Shown one piece after another: positions 1 to 12,600 of a stretch of 64,000 bases of DNA (position 1 is the stretch's first letter; every line of letters starts with the position of its first letter). The DNA lies in NCBI GenBank assembly GCA_036689245.1, contig CP144771.1, forward strand, positions 246,274 through 310,273. The letters are read 5' to 3'. The notes under the pieces were generated by a model. The model was not told where the DNA came from. It did no database searches and saw only the letters and a program-made list of their open reading frames with translations. Source of the stretch: Candidatus Stammera capleta. Lineage in GTDB: Bacteria; Pseudomonadota; Gammaproteobacteria; Enterobacterales; Enterobacteriaceae. The position numbers were made by a program, and so were the translations under genes.

Positions 1-48
1 TAAAATTCTTTGAAATTATTAATTTAATAAAAATTTTTAAAATAAATT

Positions 49-735
49 ATGAATAATAATATTAATAATTTAGAAAATAAAATTAAATATTTCTTTAAAA
101 ATAAAAAAATATTAATTTTATCTTTAACTCATAGAAGTTATAGTAATAAACATAATGAAAGATTAGAATTTTTAGGAGATTCTATACTAAATTTTATAAT
201 AACTCAAAAAATATATAAAAAATTATATTTAGAAGAAGAAGGATATATGACCAGAATAAGATCTAATTTAGTAAATAAAAAAAATTTATTTAAAATAGCT
301 CAAAAATTAGAATTAAGTAAATATATTTTTTTAGGTAAATGTGAAATAAAAATGAAAGGACAATATAAAAAATCTATATTATCTAATACAGTAGAAGCTA
401 TAATAGGAGGAATTTTTTTAGATAGTAATAATATTAAAACTGTAGAAAATATAATTAGTAATCTTTTTTTAAAAAATTATAAAAATTTTTTTCTTAAAAA
501 AAAGAAAAAAGATTTTAAAACTATATTACAAGAATATTTACAAAAAATTAAATTACCTTTACCTAAATATTTAGTAATTAAAAAAAAAGGAAAAGATCAT
601 GAACAAATATTCACGGTACAATGTAAAATAAATTTTTTTAAAAAAGAAAAAATTACAGAGGGTATAGGTAATAATAAAAAAAAAGCAGAACAATTAGCAG
701 CTAAAAAAGCTTTAATAACATTAAAAATTATTTAA
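49..735 (+). CDS. rnc: Ribonuclease III
   Basis: 228 aa. RNase III signature ERLEFLGDSILNF and a C-terminal dsRNA-binding tail (KKKAEQLAAKKAL). rnc-era adjacency as in E. coli. Confidence 0.95.
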   Translation: MNNNINNLENKIKYFFKNKKILILSLTHRSYSNKHNERLEFLGDSILNFIITQKIYKKLYLEEEGYMTRIRSNLVNKKNLFKIAQKLELSKYIFLGKCEIKMKGQYKKSILSNTVEAIIGGIFLDSNNIKTVENIISNLFLKNYKNFFLKKKKKDFKTILQEYLQKIKLPLPKYLVIKKKGKDHEQIFTVQCKINFFKKEKITEGIGNNKKKAEQLAAKKALITLKII

Positions 736-746
736 TAGATTTATAA

Positions 747-1619
747 ATGAAAATATATAATAACATAAAATATATACATATTCCAATAATAGGAAAATAT
801 AATGTAGGTAAATCTACTATATTTAATAAATTAATTAAAAAAAAAATATCTATTACATCTAAAAAAAAAAACACAACACAAAAAAAAATAATTGGGATAG
901 ATAAAGAAAAAAATATACAATATATATATATTGATACACCTGGATTAAATAAATATCAAAATATAAAAATATTTATTTTAAAAATAATAAATTTTATTAA
1001 AAATTATTTTAAAATTAATATTATTAATTTAATAATAATTGTAATAGACAAAAAACTTAACGATCAAGAAAATGAATTATTAAATAAATTAGAATTATTT
1101 AAAATACCTTTATTATTAATAATTAATAAAATAGATAAAATAAAAAATAAACTTACTTTATTACCATATATAAATAATATAATTAAAAAAAATAAATATA
1201 TACATACAATTTTACCTATATCAAAAAAAAATTTTTCTAAAAAAATAGATTATATAAAAAATACATGTATAAATTTTTTTTTAACAAAAAATAAAAATTT
1301 TTTTTTTTTAAACTTTACTACTAATTATAGTAAAAATTTTATTTTTTCAGAAATTATAAGAGAAAAAATATTAAGATTAACAGGAGATGAAATACCATAT
1401 AATACTTTCATAAAAATTAAAAATATATATTTAGAAAAAAAAAAAACAAGTATTGATTGTATTTTAATAGTTAAAAAAAAACAATATATTAATATAATTA
1501 AAGGTAAAAATAATAATAAAATTAATAAAATTATTAATCTATCTAAAATAGATATAAAAAAATACTTAAATAAAAAAAATAAAATCTATATAAATTATAG
1601 ATTTATTTGTAAAAAATAA
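747..1619 (+). CDS. era: GTPase Era
   Basis: 290 aa. GTPase motifs GKYNVGKST, DTPG and NKIDK, plus a KH-like C-terminus. Lies immediately downstream of rnc. Confidence 0.92.
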   Translation: MKIYNNIKYIHIPIIGKYNVGKSTIFNKLIKKKISITSKKKNTTQKKIIGIDKEKNIQYIYIDTPGLNKYQNIKIFILKIINFIKNYFKINIINLIIIVIDKKLNDQENELLNKLELFKIPLLLIINKIDKIKNKLTLLPYINNIIKKNKYIHTILPISKKNFSKKIDYIKNTCINFFLTKNKNFFFLNFTTNYSKNFIFSEIIREKILRLTGDEIPYNTFIKIKNIYLEKKKTSIDCILIVKKKQYINIIKGKNNNKINKIINLSKIDIKKYLNKKNKIYINYRFICKK

Positions 1620-1621
1620 TT

Positions 1622-3658
1622 TTAATTACATAATTCTAATATTTTATCTAAATAAAATAATATTTTATTTATATTATATTTTATATAATATTTTTTATTT
1701 AAAAAAAAATTATCATTATTAAATTCTATATCATTAATAATATCAATTTTTTTAAAAAAATTTTTATTTAATAATAACTTATTTTTACAAATTTTTATTT
1801 TTTTTTTAAAAATTAAAATATACTTTTTATAAAAAATATCTATTTTTTTTTTTTTTTTTAATTCTACCAAAATATTTATATATTCCATAATATATCTACT
1901 ATAAAAAATAAATAATTTAACATTATTTAAATTAAGTTTATATAATTTACTATTACTTAGTAAAAAAATATACATTTTAAATAATTTACTATAAAAATAG
2001 TAAATTAAAATTTTTTTATTTTCCAATTTTTCACTATAACAATATTTGTTAGATAATATTTTATCTAAAGTTATATTACATACACTTAACCATAAAATAA
2101 AATTATATAACAAAAAATTTACATTCCATTTTTTTAAAATTATAAATAATAATCCTATACATATAGATACTATACAACCACTAATTGTATCAAATAAACG
2201 TAAAACTAATATTTTAGTAAAATTAAAATTTAATAATTTTAAATTTAAAATATTAATTAATGTAAAAAACATAGTAGAAAAAATATATTTATCTTTTAAA
2301 TTTAAATAACCTAATAAAGTTAATAAAAAAATAATTAATAATATATATATCTTATATATTTTAATTTTAAATAAAAAAAAAGATAAAAAAACTCCAATAA
2401 ACGTACATAATAATCTACTAATAATTTTATTTAAATTTATAAAAAACTCATTCTGAGTAACTATTATAGATGTTATTATTAACCAATAAGGTTTAGTTAA
2501 ACCTAATATTTTTAATATAAATATAGAAAAAAAAAATATAAAAGAATATTTTATAGATATATAAAAATTAATTGAATATAAAGAACAAAAATTTTTTATT
2601 TTATTTAAAAAAGTAATTTTACTATCTATACAATTAATATTATAGTAAAAATTTTTTTTATTTAATGGTTTATTATTTATTAAAATAGATATTATAACAT
2701 TAATATGTTTTATATAAAAATTTACTAAATTAACTTTTTTATTTAAATTTAAATATTTAATTTTTTTAATTAAAAACATACTAATAAAATTTTCTTTTCT
2801 ATATAAAATCAAATTAGAAATTTCTTTCATTCTATTAATTATTAATAAATTAAAGTTATTTATTAAACTAATATAATAATTATTATTACTTAAAATTTTT
2901 TTAGTTTCTTTAATTGAATAAACATTTACAGATATATTTTCGTATATATTAACTGATATTTTGAAAAAATTTACTAAAGAGTAATTATTTAAATCTAAAT
3001 TAGATAACATATATATTTGATCATTACATTTAATAATTAAATCAATAACTTTTTGATATGATAAAGATAAACTATTTTCATAACTATTTAAATTATCATA
3101 ATCAACAATATTAACAAATTTTTTTTCAAATAATAAAGATAATTCTATATATAAAAAACTTAAATTTTCTCTAATAGATTGATATCTAAAATAAAAAATA
3201 AATAATAAATTAATCAAACCATATAAAATAGTTCCTATAAAATAAATTATAGGTATATAAATAAAATATACTTTATTAATTAAATTAATAACAAAAATAG
3301 AAGAAAAAATAACTCCACAAAATAAATCAGAATATAATGGATTAATTTCACTAAATAAACCAAATATAAAAAAAATAAAAACAAATATAATAAACAATGG
3401 AATATTGTATTTTAAAAAAAAAATTATTACCATACTGGTAAATGAAAATATTATTGCACTTATTATTATTTTATAAAAAAAAAAATTATTTGGAATATCT
3501 AATAAAGAATTATTACAGCAAGAAAAAATAAAAGAAAACAAAAAACCATAATATGGTTTATTAAAAATATTAAAAAAAAAAATAGGTATAAAAAATATTA
3601 TAGATTGTTTAATTACAAAATAAAATTTTGGGAAATAAAATATGTTTTTAAACATCAT
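1622..3658 (-). CDS. Integral membrane protein, YccS/YhfK (FUSC-like) family, function unknown
   Basis: 678 aa with two clusters of hydrophobic helices. Three segments resemble recalled E. coli YccS: RYQSIRENLSFLYIELSLLFEKK vs RPLQDNLARCYEQLARYLELK, KPYWLIITSIIVTQ vs HGYWILLTSLFVCQ, and TMFFTL...LRLFDTISGCIV vs TMFITL...PRVIDTLIGCAI. Confidence 0.6.
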   Translation of the reverse strand: MMFKNIFYFPKFYFVIKQSIIFFIPIFFFNIFNKPYYGFLFSFIFSCCNNSLLDIPNNFFFYKIIISAIIFSFTSMVIIFFLKYNIPLFIIFVFIFFIFGLFSEINPLYSDLFCGVIFSSIFVINLINKVYFIYIPIIYFIGTILYGLINLLFIFYFRYQSIRENLSFLYIELSLLFEKKFVNIVDYDNLNSYENSLSLSYQKVIDLIIKCNDQIYMLSNLDLNNYSLVNFFKISVNIYENISVNVYSIKETKKILSNNNYYISLINNFNLLIINRMKEISNLILYRKENFISMFLIKKIKYLNLNKKVNLVNFYIKHINVIISILINNKPLNKKNFYYNINCIDSKITFLNKIKNFCSLYSINFYISIKYSFIFFFSIFILKILGLTKPYWLIITSIIVTQNEFFINLNKIISRLLCTFIGVFLSFFLFKIKIYKIYILLIIFLLTLLGYLNLKDKYIFSTMFFTLINILNLKLLNFNFTKILVLRLFDTISGCIVSICIGLLFIILKKWNVNFLLYNFILWLSVCNITLDKILSNKYCYSEKLENKKILIYYFYSKLFKMYIFLLSNSKLYKLNLNNVKLFIFYSRYIMEYINILVELKKKKKIDIFYKKYILIFKKKIKICKNKLLLNKNFFKKIDIINDIEFNNDNFFLNKKYYIKYNINKILFYLDKILELCN

Positions 3659-3728
3659 TTACATGTTAACTTAATATATTTTTATATAATATAATAATAT
3701 TATTATATTAAAGTATATAATATTATAT

Positions 3729-4388
3729 ATGATTAATTGGAATAATATAATAAAAAAAGAAAAACAAAAAGAATATTTTATAAAATTAAAAAAATTCTTA
3801 ATAAAAGAATATAATAATAAAATTATATTACCACCTAAAAATAAAATTTTTGAATCTTTTAAATTAACACCTTTCAAAAAAATTAAAATAGTAATTTTAG
3901 GACAAGATCCATATAGTAAAATAAATCAATCACATGGATTAGCTTTTTCTATTTTACCAAATATAAAAATTATACCAGGATCATTAAAAAATATATATAA
4001 AGAATTAAAAAAAGAAAACCCAAAATTTAAAATACCTAATACAGGTTATTTAAAAAAATGGTCTGAACAAGGAATTTTATTATTAAATACTGTATTAACG
4101 GTACAAAATAAAAAACCAGGATCACATAAAAATATAGGTTGGGAAATTTTTACAAATAATATAATATATTATATTAACACATATTTAACTAACATAGTTT
4201 TTATGTTATGGGGAAATTACGCTAAATCTAAAGAAAAATTAATAAATAAAAATAAACATTTAATACTTACAACATCTCATCCATCACCTTTATCAGTTAA
4301 TAAAGGATTTATAGGATGTAATCATTTTAATAAAGCAAATATATTTTTAAAAAATAAAAAAAAAAAAATTATAAATTGGCAAATTTAA
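3729..4388 (+). CDS. ung: Uracil-DNA glycosylase
   Basis: 219 aa. Catalytic motifs VILGQDPY and HPSPLS. Colinear with E. coli Ung. Confidence 0.95.
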   Translation: MINWNNIIKKEKQKEYFIKLKKFLIKEYNNKIILPPKNKIFESFKLTPFKKIKIVILGQDPYSKINQSHGLAFSILPNIKIIPGSLKNIYKELKKENPKFKIPNTGYLKKWSEQGILLLNTVLTVQNKKPGSHKNIGWEIFTNNIIYYINTYLTNIVFMLWGNYAKSKEKLINKNKHLILTTSHPSPLSVNKGFIGCNHFNKANIFLKNKKKKIINWQI

Positions 4389-4398
4389 AATTTTAAAA

Positions 4399-5394
4399 TC
4401 ATATCTTACTAATACCTAGTAATTCATTAATTTCTTGTATAGTTAAACTAACTTTTCTATTAGATTTTAAAGAACCAGATATTAATAAATCTTTTAAATA
4501 TTTATTTTCATTTCTAAAATAAAAAAATTTTTCTTTTAATAACGAAATAAATTTAATTAATTCATCAGCTACTATATTTTTAAAATCTAAATAATTAAAA
4601 TTTAAAAATTTTTTCTGTAATAATTCAATAGATTCATTTTTTATTAAAGATAATATATTTAATAAATTTGATATACCAGGTTTATTATACATATCGTAAT
4701 AAATTTTAGAAGGATTATCAGAATCTGTAACAGAATTTTTAATTTTTAATCTTATTAAATCATCAGAATCTAACAAACTTATATAATTATTAATATTAAT
4801 ATCAGATTTAGACATTTTTTTTTCAACATTAATTAAAGACATAATTTTAGAAAAATTATTGCATAAAATATATTTAGGTATTTTAAATAAATTACAATTA
4901 TAATATTTATTAAATTTTTTAGCTATTTTTCTAGTAAATTCAATATGTTGAATTTGATCTATACCAACTGGTACATAACTAGTTTTATATAATAAAATAT
5001 CTGAAGCCATCAAAATAGGATAAGTAAATAAACCACTATTACTAAATAACTTATTTTTTTTTTCCTTAAATTGAGTCATACGTTTTAAATCACCAACACT
5101 AGAAAAACAATTTAATATCCAATATAAATAAGTATGTTCTAAAATACTAGATTGTAAAAAAATAACAGACTTTAATGGATTAATATTAAATGCTAAAAGC
5201 ATAGCTACAATATCTAATATATTTTTTTTTAATAAAAAAGAATTTATTTTTAAATTAGTCAAAGAATGTAAATCTACTATACAATAGTAACAATTATATT
5301 TTTTTTGTAAACTAGACCATAAATTAAATAATCCTATATGACCTATTGTTAATCCTCCAGTAGGTTGGATACCACTAAAAACATTTTTTTTCAT
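4399..5394 (-). CDS. trpS: Tryptophan--tRNA ligase
   Basis: 331 aa. Class I motifs GIQPTGGLTIGH (HIGH-like) and KMSKS. Ends with a TGA stop. Confidence 0.95.
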   Translation of the reverse strand: MKKNVFSGIQPTGGLTIGHIGLFNLWSSLQKKYNCYYCIVDLHSLTNLKINSFLLKKNILDIVAMLLAFNINPLKSVIFLQSSILEHTYLYWILNCFSSVGDLKRMTQFKEKKNKLFSNSGLFTYPILMASDILLYKTSYVPVGIDQIQHIEFTRKIAKKFNKYYNCNLFKIPKYILCNNFSKIMSLINVEKKMSKSDININNYISLLDSDDLIRLKIKNSVTDSDNPSKIYYDMYNKPGISNLLNILSLIKNESIELLQKKFLNFNYLDFKNIVADELIKFISLLKEKFFYFRNENKYLKDLLISGSLKSNRKVSLTIQEINELLGISKI

Positions 5395-5421
5395 TATAAA
5401 AAATACTATCTAATTAATAAT

Positions 5422-8400
5422 TTATTTTTCATTACTAAATAAATCTTTAGAATTTAATAATTCTTTTAAATTAGCACTAGCAATATCTTTTTTATCAATA
5501 TAATTAATTTTATTACTTAATTTTTTATTTTTAATACGATGATATACATATCCTGTTCCTGAAGGTATTAAACGACCAACTATAACATTTTCTTTTAAAC
5601 CTCTTAATTCATCTATCTTAGAAGATACAGCTGATTCAGTTAATATTTTAGTAGTTTCCTGAAAAGATGCTGCAGAAATAAAAGATTCTGTTGCTAAAGA
5701 AGCTTTTGTTATACCTAATAATTCTCTATTATATTTAATAACATTTTTATTATTTAATAATAAATTTTTATTTACTAATCTAACTCTAGAAAATTCAATT
5801 TGTTCTCCTTTTAAAAAATCAGAATCACCAGAATCAATTATTAATACCCTTCTTAACATTTGTCTAATAATTATTTCTATATGTTTATCATTAATTTTAA
5901 CACCTTGTAATCTATAAACTTCTTGAACTTCATTAACAATATACTTAGTTACAGATTCTACACCTCTTAATCTCAAAATATCATGAGCAGACTCTTGACC
6001 TTCAGATATTACATCTCCTTTTTCTATATATTCACCTTCAAAAACACTTAATTTTCTCCATTTATATATCATTTCTTCATGAACATTTTTTTCATCTAAA
6101 GAAGTAATTATTAAACGATATTTTCCTTTAGTTTCTTTACCAAAAGAAATATTACCAGATATTTCAGCTAATATAGATGATTCCTTAGGTTTACGAGCTT
6201 CAAATAAATCAGCTACACGAGGTAATCCACCAGTTATATCCCTAGTTCCACCATATTCTTGAGGTAATTTAGCAATAACATCACCGGAAAAAACATAAGA
6301 ATTATTTTCTAAATAAATTACTGTTTTACTAGGTAAAAAATATTGAGCTACTATATCTGTACCAGGAATAATAATATCATTCTTTTCTTTATCTACTATT
6401 TTAATTGATGGTCTCAATAAACCTTTATTTGAACTAGATTTATATACACGATCAGCTTGATCTAATATTACTATTGAAGTTAAACCAGTTAAATCATCTG
6501 TTTGTTTAATAATAGTTTGACCATCATACATATCAATAAATTTAATATAACCAGTTACTTCAGTTATAATAGGCATTACATGAGGATCCCAAGTAGCAAT
6601 AACTTCACCTGAATATACACGATCTTTATCATTTTTACTTATTATAGATCCATAAGGTAATTTATAACTTTCTTTAATAAATCCTAATTTATCAAATACT
6701 TTTAATTCAACATTTCTAGAAATTACTACTAATTTATTAGTAGAATTTTTAACAAATTTTAAATTAACTAATTTTAAAAAACCATTATTTTTAATTTTAA
6801 TATTAGATTCAGAAACAGATCTAGATGCTGCTCCACCAACATGAAAAGTCCTCATAGTTAACTGAGTTCCAGGTTCACCAATAGATTGAGCAGCTATTAC
6901 ACCTACAGCCTCACCTTTATTTATTAAATGTCCTCTAGCAAGATCTCTTCCGTAACAAAAAGAACATATTCCAAAATTAGTTTCACATGTAACTACAGAA
7001 CGCACTTTAACAGTATGTAAAGCAAGATTTTCTATTATATTACAATAATATTCATCTAATAAAATATTTTTTCTTAATAATATTTTATTAGTATTATTTA
7101 AAAATATATTTTCTGCTAAAACTCTTCCTAAAATACGATCTCTTAATGATTCTTTAATATCACCACCTTCAATAACTGATTGCATAAAAATTCCATCTTC
7201 AGTACCACAATCATCATCAATAACAACTAAATCTTGAGCAACATCTACTAAACGTCTAGTTAAATAACCTGAATTAGCAGTTTTTAAAGCTGTATCAGCT
7301 AAACCTTTTCTAGCCCCATGAGTAGAAATAAAATATTGTAAAACATTTAAACCTTCTCTAAAATTAGCAGTAATAGGAGTTTCTATTATAGAACCATCAG
7401 GTTTAGCCATTAAACCTCTCATACCTGCTAATTGTCTAATTTGAGCAGTTGAACCTCTAGCACCAGAATTTGACATCATAAAAACACTATTAAAAGAATT
7501 TTGATTTATATATTTACCATTTACATAAATCTTTTCTATCGATATAGTATCCATCATAGATTTAAGAATTTTTTCATTAGCTATAGCCCAAATATCTATA
7601 ACTTTATTATATTTTTCTCCTAAAGTTACTAAACCTGATTGAAATTGTTCCTGAATTTCAGATATTTCATATTCTGCCTCTGAAATAATACTTTCTTTAT
7701 CAGAAGGTATTACCATATCATCTATACCAACAGATAAACCAGATATAGTAGCATATCTAAAACCAATACGCATTATATTATCAGAAAAAATTACAGTTTC
7801 TTCTAAACCTAATAATTGATAACATACACTAAATATCTTTGAAACTTCATTTTTATCTAAAATCTTATTTACAAAAGAAAAAGATAAACCTTTAGGAAAA
7901 ATATTCCATAATATAACTCTACCTATAGTAGTATCAACTATAAACTTATTTTTTTTAAATTTATTTTCTTTAGATATTTTAATATATTCAATTATTCTAA
8001 CTTTAACTTTAGAATGAATAGATACTAAACCATTATTATAAGCATATTCGGCTTCATAAGAACTAGATAATAACATTCCTTCACCTAATGAATTAACTCT
8101 ATCACATGTCATATAATATAAACCTAATATAACATCTTGTGATGGAACTACTATAGGATCTCCACTAGCAGGAGATAATATATTATTAGTAGACATCATT
8201 AAAGATCTTGCTTCTAATTGTGCTTCTAATGTTAAAGGAACATGCACAGCCATTTGATCTCCATCAAAATCAGCATTAAAAGCAGAACATACTAAAGGAT
8301 GTAATTGTATAGCTTTACCCTCTACTAATATAGGCTCAAAAGCTTGAATTCCTAATCTATGTAATGTAGGAGCTCTATTTAATAAAACTGGGTGATATTT

Positions 8401-9651
8401 TATAACATCATCTAATATATCCCATACTATAGAATCTTCTTGATCAACTATTTTTTTTGCAGATTTAATAGTATTAGCTATACCATTAATTTCTAATTTA
8501 CCATAAACAAATGGTTTAAATAATTCTAAAGCCATTTTTTTAGGTAAACCACATTGGTTTAAATTTAAAAAAGGACCTACAGTTATTACTGATCTGCCAG
8601 AATAATCAACTCTTTTACCTAATAAATTTTGTCTAAATCTTCCTTGTTTACCTTTTATCATATCAGCTAAAGATTTCAAAGGTCTTTTATTTGATCCTAC
8701 TATAGCAAAACCTCTACGACCATTATCTAATAAAGCATCTACAGATTCTTGTAACATTCTTTTTTCATTTTTTATAATTATTTCTGGGGCAGACAAATCT
8801 AAGAGTCTTTTTAACCTATTATTTCTATTTATTACTCTTCTATATAAATCATTTAAATCAGAAGTTGCAAATCTACCACCATCTAATGGTACCAATGGTC
8901 TTAAATCAGGAGGTAAAACTGGTAAAACATTTAATATCATCCATTCTGGTTTATTATTAGAATTAATAAATGATTCTATTAATTTAATACGTTTAGTAAT
9001 TTTTTTTTTTTTAGTTTCAGAATTAATATTTTTTAATTCAAAAAATAATTTTTTATACTCATTTTTTAAATTAATGTTTTCTAACAAATATTTTATAGCT
9101 TCAGCACCCATTTTAGCTACAAATTCACTACCAAATCTAGAAATACAATCTAAATATTGATCTTCATTTAAAAGCTGATATAATTTTAATTTTGTAATTC
9201 CAGAATCAATAACTATATAAGATTCAAAATATAAAACTTTTTCTATATTACGTAAAGGTATATCTAAAAGTAAACCTATTCTAGAAGGTAAAGACTTAAG
9301 AAACCATATATGAGCTATAGGAGAAGCTAATTCTATATGTCCCATTCTATCTCTTCTTACTTTAGTTTTAGTTACTTCAACACCACATTTTTCACAAACT
9401 ATACCTTTATATTTTAATCTTTTATATTTTCCACACAAACATTCATAATCTTTAATAGGTCCAAAAATACGAGAACAAAATAAACCGTCTCTTTCAGGTT
9501 TAAAAGTACGATAATTTATCGTTTCAGGTTTCTTTACTTCACCATAAGACCAAGACCTAATATGACTTGGTGAAGCTAATGATATTTTAATAGAATTAAA
9601 TTCTTTATTTTTATTTTTTTTAATATTCAAAAAATCATTAAAATCATTCAC
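5422..9651 (-). CDS. rpoC: DNA-directed RNA polymerase subunit beta'
   Basis: 1409 aa. N-terminus is near-identical to E. coli ([22 protein letters not shown]). Contains the catalytic NADFDGD motif. Confidence 0.99.
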   Translation of the reverse strand: MNDFNDFLNIKKNKNKEFNSIKISLASPSHIRSWSYGEVKKPETINYRTFKPERDGLFCSRIFGPIKDYECLCGKYKRLKYKGIVCEKCGVEVTKTKVRRDRMGHIELASPIAHIWFLKSLPSRIGLLLDIPLRNIEKVLYFESYIVIDSGITKLKLYQLLNEDQYLDCISRFGSEFVAKMGAEAIKYLLENINLKNEYKKLFFELKNINSETKKKKITKRIKLIESFINSNNKPEWMILNVLPVLPPDLRPLVPLDGGRFATSDLNDLYRRVINRNNRLKRLLDLSAPEIIIKNEKRMLQESVDALLDNGRRGFAIVGSNKRPLKSLADMIKGKQGRFRQNLLGKRVDYSGRSVITVGPFLNLNQCGLPKKMALELFKPFVYGKLEINGIANTIKSAKKIVDQEDSIVWDILDDVIKYHPVLLNRAPTLHRLGIQAFEPILVEGKAIQLHPLVCSAFNADFDGDQMAVHVPLTLEAQLEARSLMMSTNNILSPASGDPIVVPSQDVILGLYYMTCDRVNSLGEGMLLSSSYEAEYAYNNGLVSIHSKVKVRIIEYIKISKENKFKKNKFIVDTTIGRVILWNIFPKGLSFSFVNKILDKNEVSKIFSVCYQLLGLEETVIFSDNIMRIGFRYATISGLSVGIDDMVIPSDKESIISEAEYEISEIQEQFQSGLVTLGEKYNKVIDIWAIANEKILKSMMDTISIEKIYVNGKYINQNSFNSVFMMSNSGARGSTAQIRQLAGMRGLMAKPDGSIIETPITANFREGLNVLQYFISTHGARKGLADTALKTANSGYLTRRLVDVAQDLVVIDDDCGTEDGIFMQSVIEGGDIKESLRDRILGRVLAENIFLNNTNKILLRKNILLDEYYCNIIENLALHTVKVRSVVTCETNFGICSFCYGRDLARGHLINKGEAVGVIAAQSIGEPGTQLTMRTFHVGGAASRSVSESNIKIKNNGFLKLVNLKFVKNSTNKLVVISRNVELKVFDKLGFIKESYKLPYGSIISKNDKDRVYSGEVIATWDPHVMPIITEVTGYIKFIDMYDGQTIIKQTDDLTGLTSIVILDQADRVYKSSSNKGLLRPSIKIVDKEKNDIIIPGTDIVAQYFLPSKTVIYLENNSYVFSGDVIAKLPQEYGGTRDITGGLPRVADLFEARKPKESSILAEISGNISFGKETKGKYRLIITSLDEKNVHEEMIYKWRKLSVFEGEYIEKGDVISEGQESAHDILRLRGVESVTKYIVNEVQEVYRLQGVKINDKHIEIIIRQMLRRVLIIDSGDSDFLKGEQIEFSRVRLVNKNLLLNNKNVIKYNRELLGITKASLATESFISAASFQETTKILTESAVSSKIDELRGLKENVIVGRLIPSGTGYVYHRIKNKKLSNKINYIDKKDIASANLKELLNSKDLFSNEK

Positions 9652-9684
9652 AAATAATATACCTTTAAAATAATTACAATAAAA

Positions 9685-12600
9685 TTAATTATTTTCTAAC
9701 TCTATATTAATTCCAAGAGAACAAATTTCTTTTAATAAAACATTAAAAGATTCTGGCATTCCAGGATCCATTTGATGATCATCATTAACTATATTTTTAT
9801 AAACTTTAATTCTACCACTTACATCATCTGATTTTACAGTTAACATTTCCTGTAATGTATATGAAGCTCCATAAGCTTCTAATGCCCAAACCTCCATTTC
9901 TCCAAATCTTTGACCACCAAATTGGGCTTTACCACCTAAAGGTTGCTGAGTAACTAAACTATAAGATCCAGTTGATCTAGCATGTATTTTATCTTCTACT
10001 AAATGATTCAACTTCATCATATATATATAACCTATAGTAATAGGTCTATCAAATCTTTCTCCAGTTAATCCATCATATAAATAAGTTTGACCTGAAGAAT
10101 TTAACCCAGCAATTTTTAAAAATTTTTTTATTTCTTTTTCATTAATACCATCAAATACTGGAGTAGATACAGGTATTCCATTAGATAAATTTTTTGCTAA
10201 TTCAAATAATTCATCATCATTTAATAAAATTAAATCATTTTTATTATATTTACTTCCTAAATTATAAATTTTTCCAATAAATTTTCTTAATTTTACTAAA
10301 TCTAAATTATCATTTAACATTTTACTTACTTTATCTCCTATAACTTTAACAGCCATTCCCATGTGTGTCTCTAAAATTTGACCTATATTCATTCTCGAAG
10401 GAACTCCTAAAGGATTTAAAATTATATCTACAGGAACACCATCTTTATCATAAGGCATATCTTCTATAGAACATATTTTAGATATAACACCTTTATTTCC
10501 ATGTCTACCAGCCATTTTATCACCAGATTGTAAATAACGTTTAACAGATAAATAAACTTTAACAATTTTTAAAATACCTGGAGCTAATTCATTACCATAT
10601 TTAATCTTTAACTTAAATTTATTTATTTTATTTCTATAATATTTAATTATATTTTTATAACTTTTTATTAATCTACATATATTTAATTTTATACAAATAT
10701 TAGAAATATTTATTTTTTTTAAATCTTTATATGACTTAATAAAATTAAATTTATTTAAATCATAATTATTTTTAAATAAGATTTCCTTTACTTTTGAAAT
10801 TAAAGATTTTTCACAAAAATATAATTCATAATAAATATTATTTTTAAAATCATTTAATTTTATTTTATCTATTTCCAAATTTCTTTTATCTTTTACACTA
10901 TATTCTCTTGAAAAAATTTGAATATCTATAACAGTACCTAAAACTCCATTAGGAACTCTTAATGAAGAATCCTTAACCTCAGAAGCTTTTTCACCGAAAA
11001 TAGCCCTTAAAAGTTTTTCTTCTGGAGTTAATTGAGTTTCACCTTTAGGTGTAACTTTTCCTACTAAAATATCACCACTTTTTACTTCTGCGCCAACATA
11101 AATTATTCCACTTTCATCTAATTTAGATAAAATAGATTCACTAACACCTGGTATGTCAGAAGTAATTTCTTCTGAACCTAATTTAGTATCTCTAGCAATA
11201 CAAGACAATTCATGTATATGAATACTAGTAAATAAATCCTTACGAACAACATTATCAGAAATTAATATAGAATCTTCAAAATTATAACCATGCCAAGACA
11301 TAAATGCTACTCTTAAATTTTGTCCTAAAGCTAATTCTCCTAAATCAGTAGAAGAACTATCAGCTAATATATCACCTTTTAATATTGAATCATTTAATTT
11401 TACACATGGAGTTTGATTAATACATGTATTTTGATTAGATTTTAAAAATTTAGTTAAATAATAAACATCTATTTTAGGAATTTTATTTAAAGAATTATTT
11501 TCTAATAAAACTTCAATAAATATTTTAGAAGAATCTACATATTTAATTACACCATCATTCTTAGCTATAACTACTACTCCTGAATCAACAGCAATTTTAT
11601 ATTCCATTCCAGTACCTACTAAAGGTTTATCAGATATTATACTAGGTACTGCTTGTCTCTGCATATTAGCACCCATTAAAGCTCTATTAGCATCATCATG
11701 TTCTAAAAAAGGAATTAATGATGCACCTATAGATACTATTTGCTGAGGAGATACATCCATATAATTAATTTGATTTACTTTAAATAAATTAAATTCCCCA
11801 TTATATCTACATAACAAAAAATTATCTTTAAATTTATTAAAATTATCTAATTTAACATTAGATTGAGATATTACATAATCACCTTCTTCTATAGCTGACA
11901 AATATTCTATTTTATCAGTAACTACACCATATTTAACTACCCTATAAGGGGTTTCTAAAAAACCATAATTATTAATTCTAGCATAAAGAGATAAAGAATT
12001 AATTAAACCTATATTAGGTCCTTCTGGGGTTTCTATAGGACAAACTCTTCCATAATGTGTAGGATGTACATCTCTTACTTCAAATCCTGCTCTTTCTCTA
12101 GTTAATCCACCAGGACCTAAAGCAGAAATCCTACGTTTATGTGTAATTTCAGATAAAGGATTATTTTGATCCATAAATTGAGATAATTGACTAGAACAAA
12201 AAAAATCTTTTATTATAGCAGATAAAGGTTTAGCATTAATCAAATCTTGAGGATATAAATCTATTAATTCTCCGCTTAAAGAAAATAATCTTTCCTTCAC
12301 AGTTCTTTCTATTCTTACTAAACCTATTCTAAATTGATTCTCTACCATTTCTCCAACAGACCTTACCCTTCTATTACCTAAATGATCTATATCATCTACT
12401 ATACCATTACCATTTTTAATATTTATTAATTTTTTCAAAGTATCTATTATATCTTCTTTTTGGAGAATTAAACTACCACATATATTTTTTCTTCCAATAG
12501 ATTTATTAAATTTCATACGACCTACATCTGATAGGTCATATTTACCATTTACAAAAAATAAATTTTTAAATAAACTTTCTGCTGCATCTATAGTTGGGGG

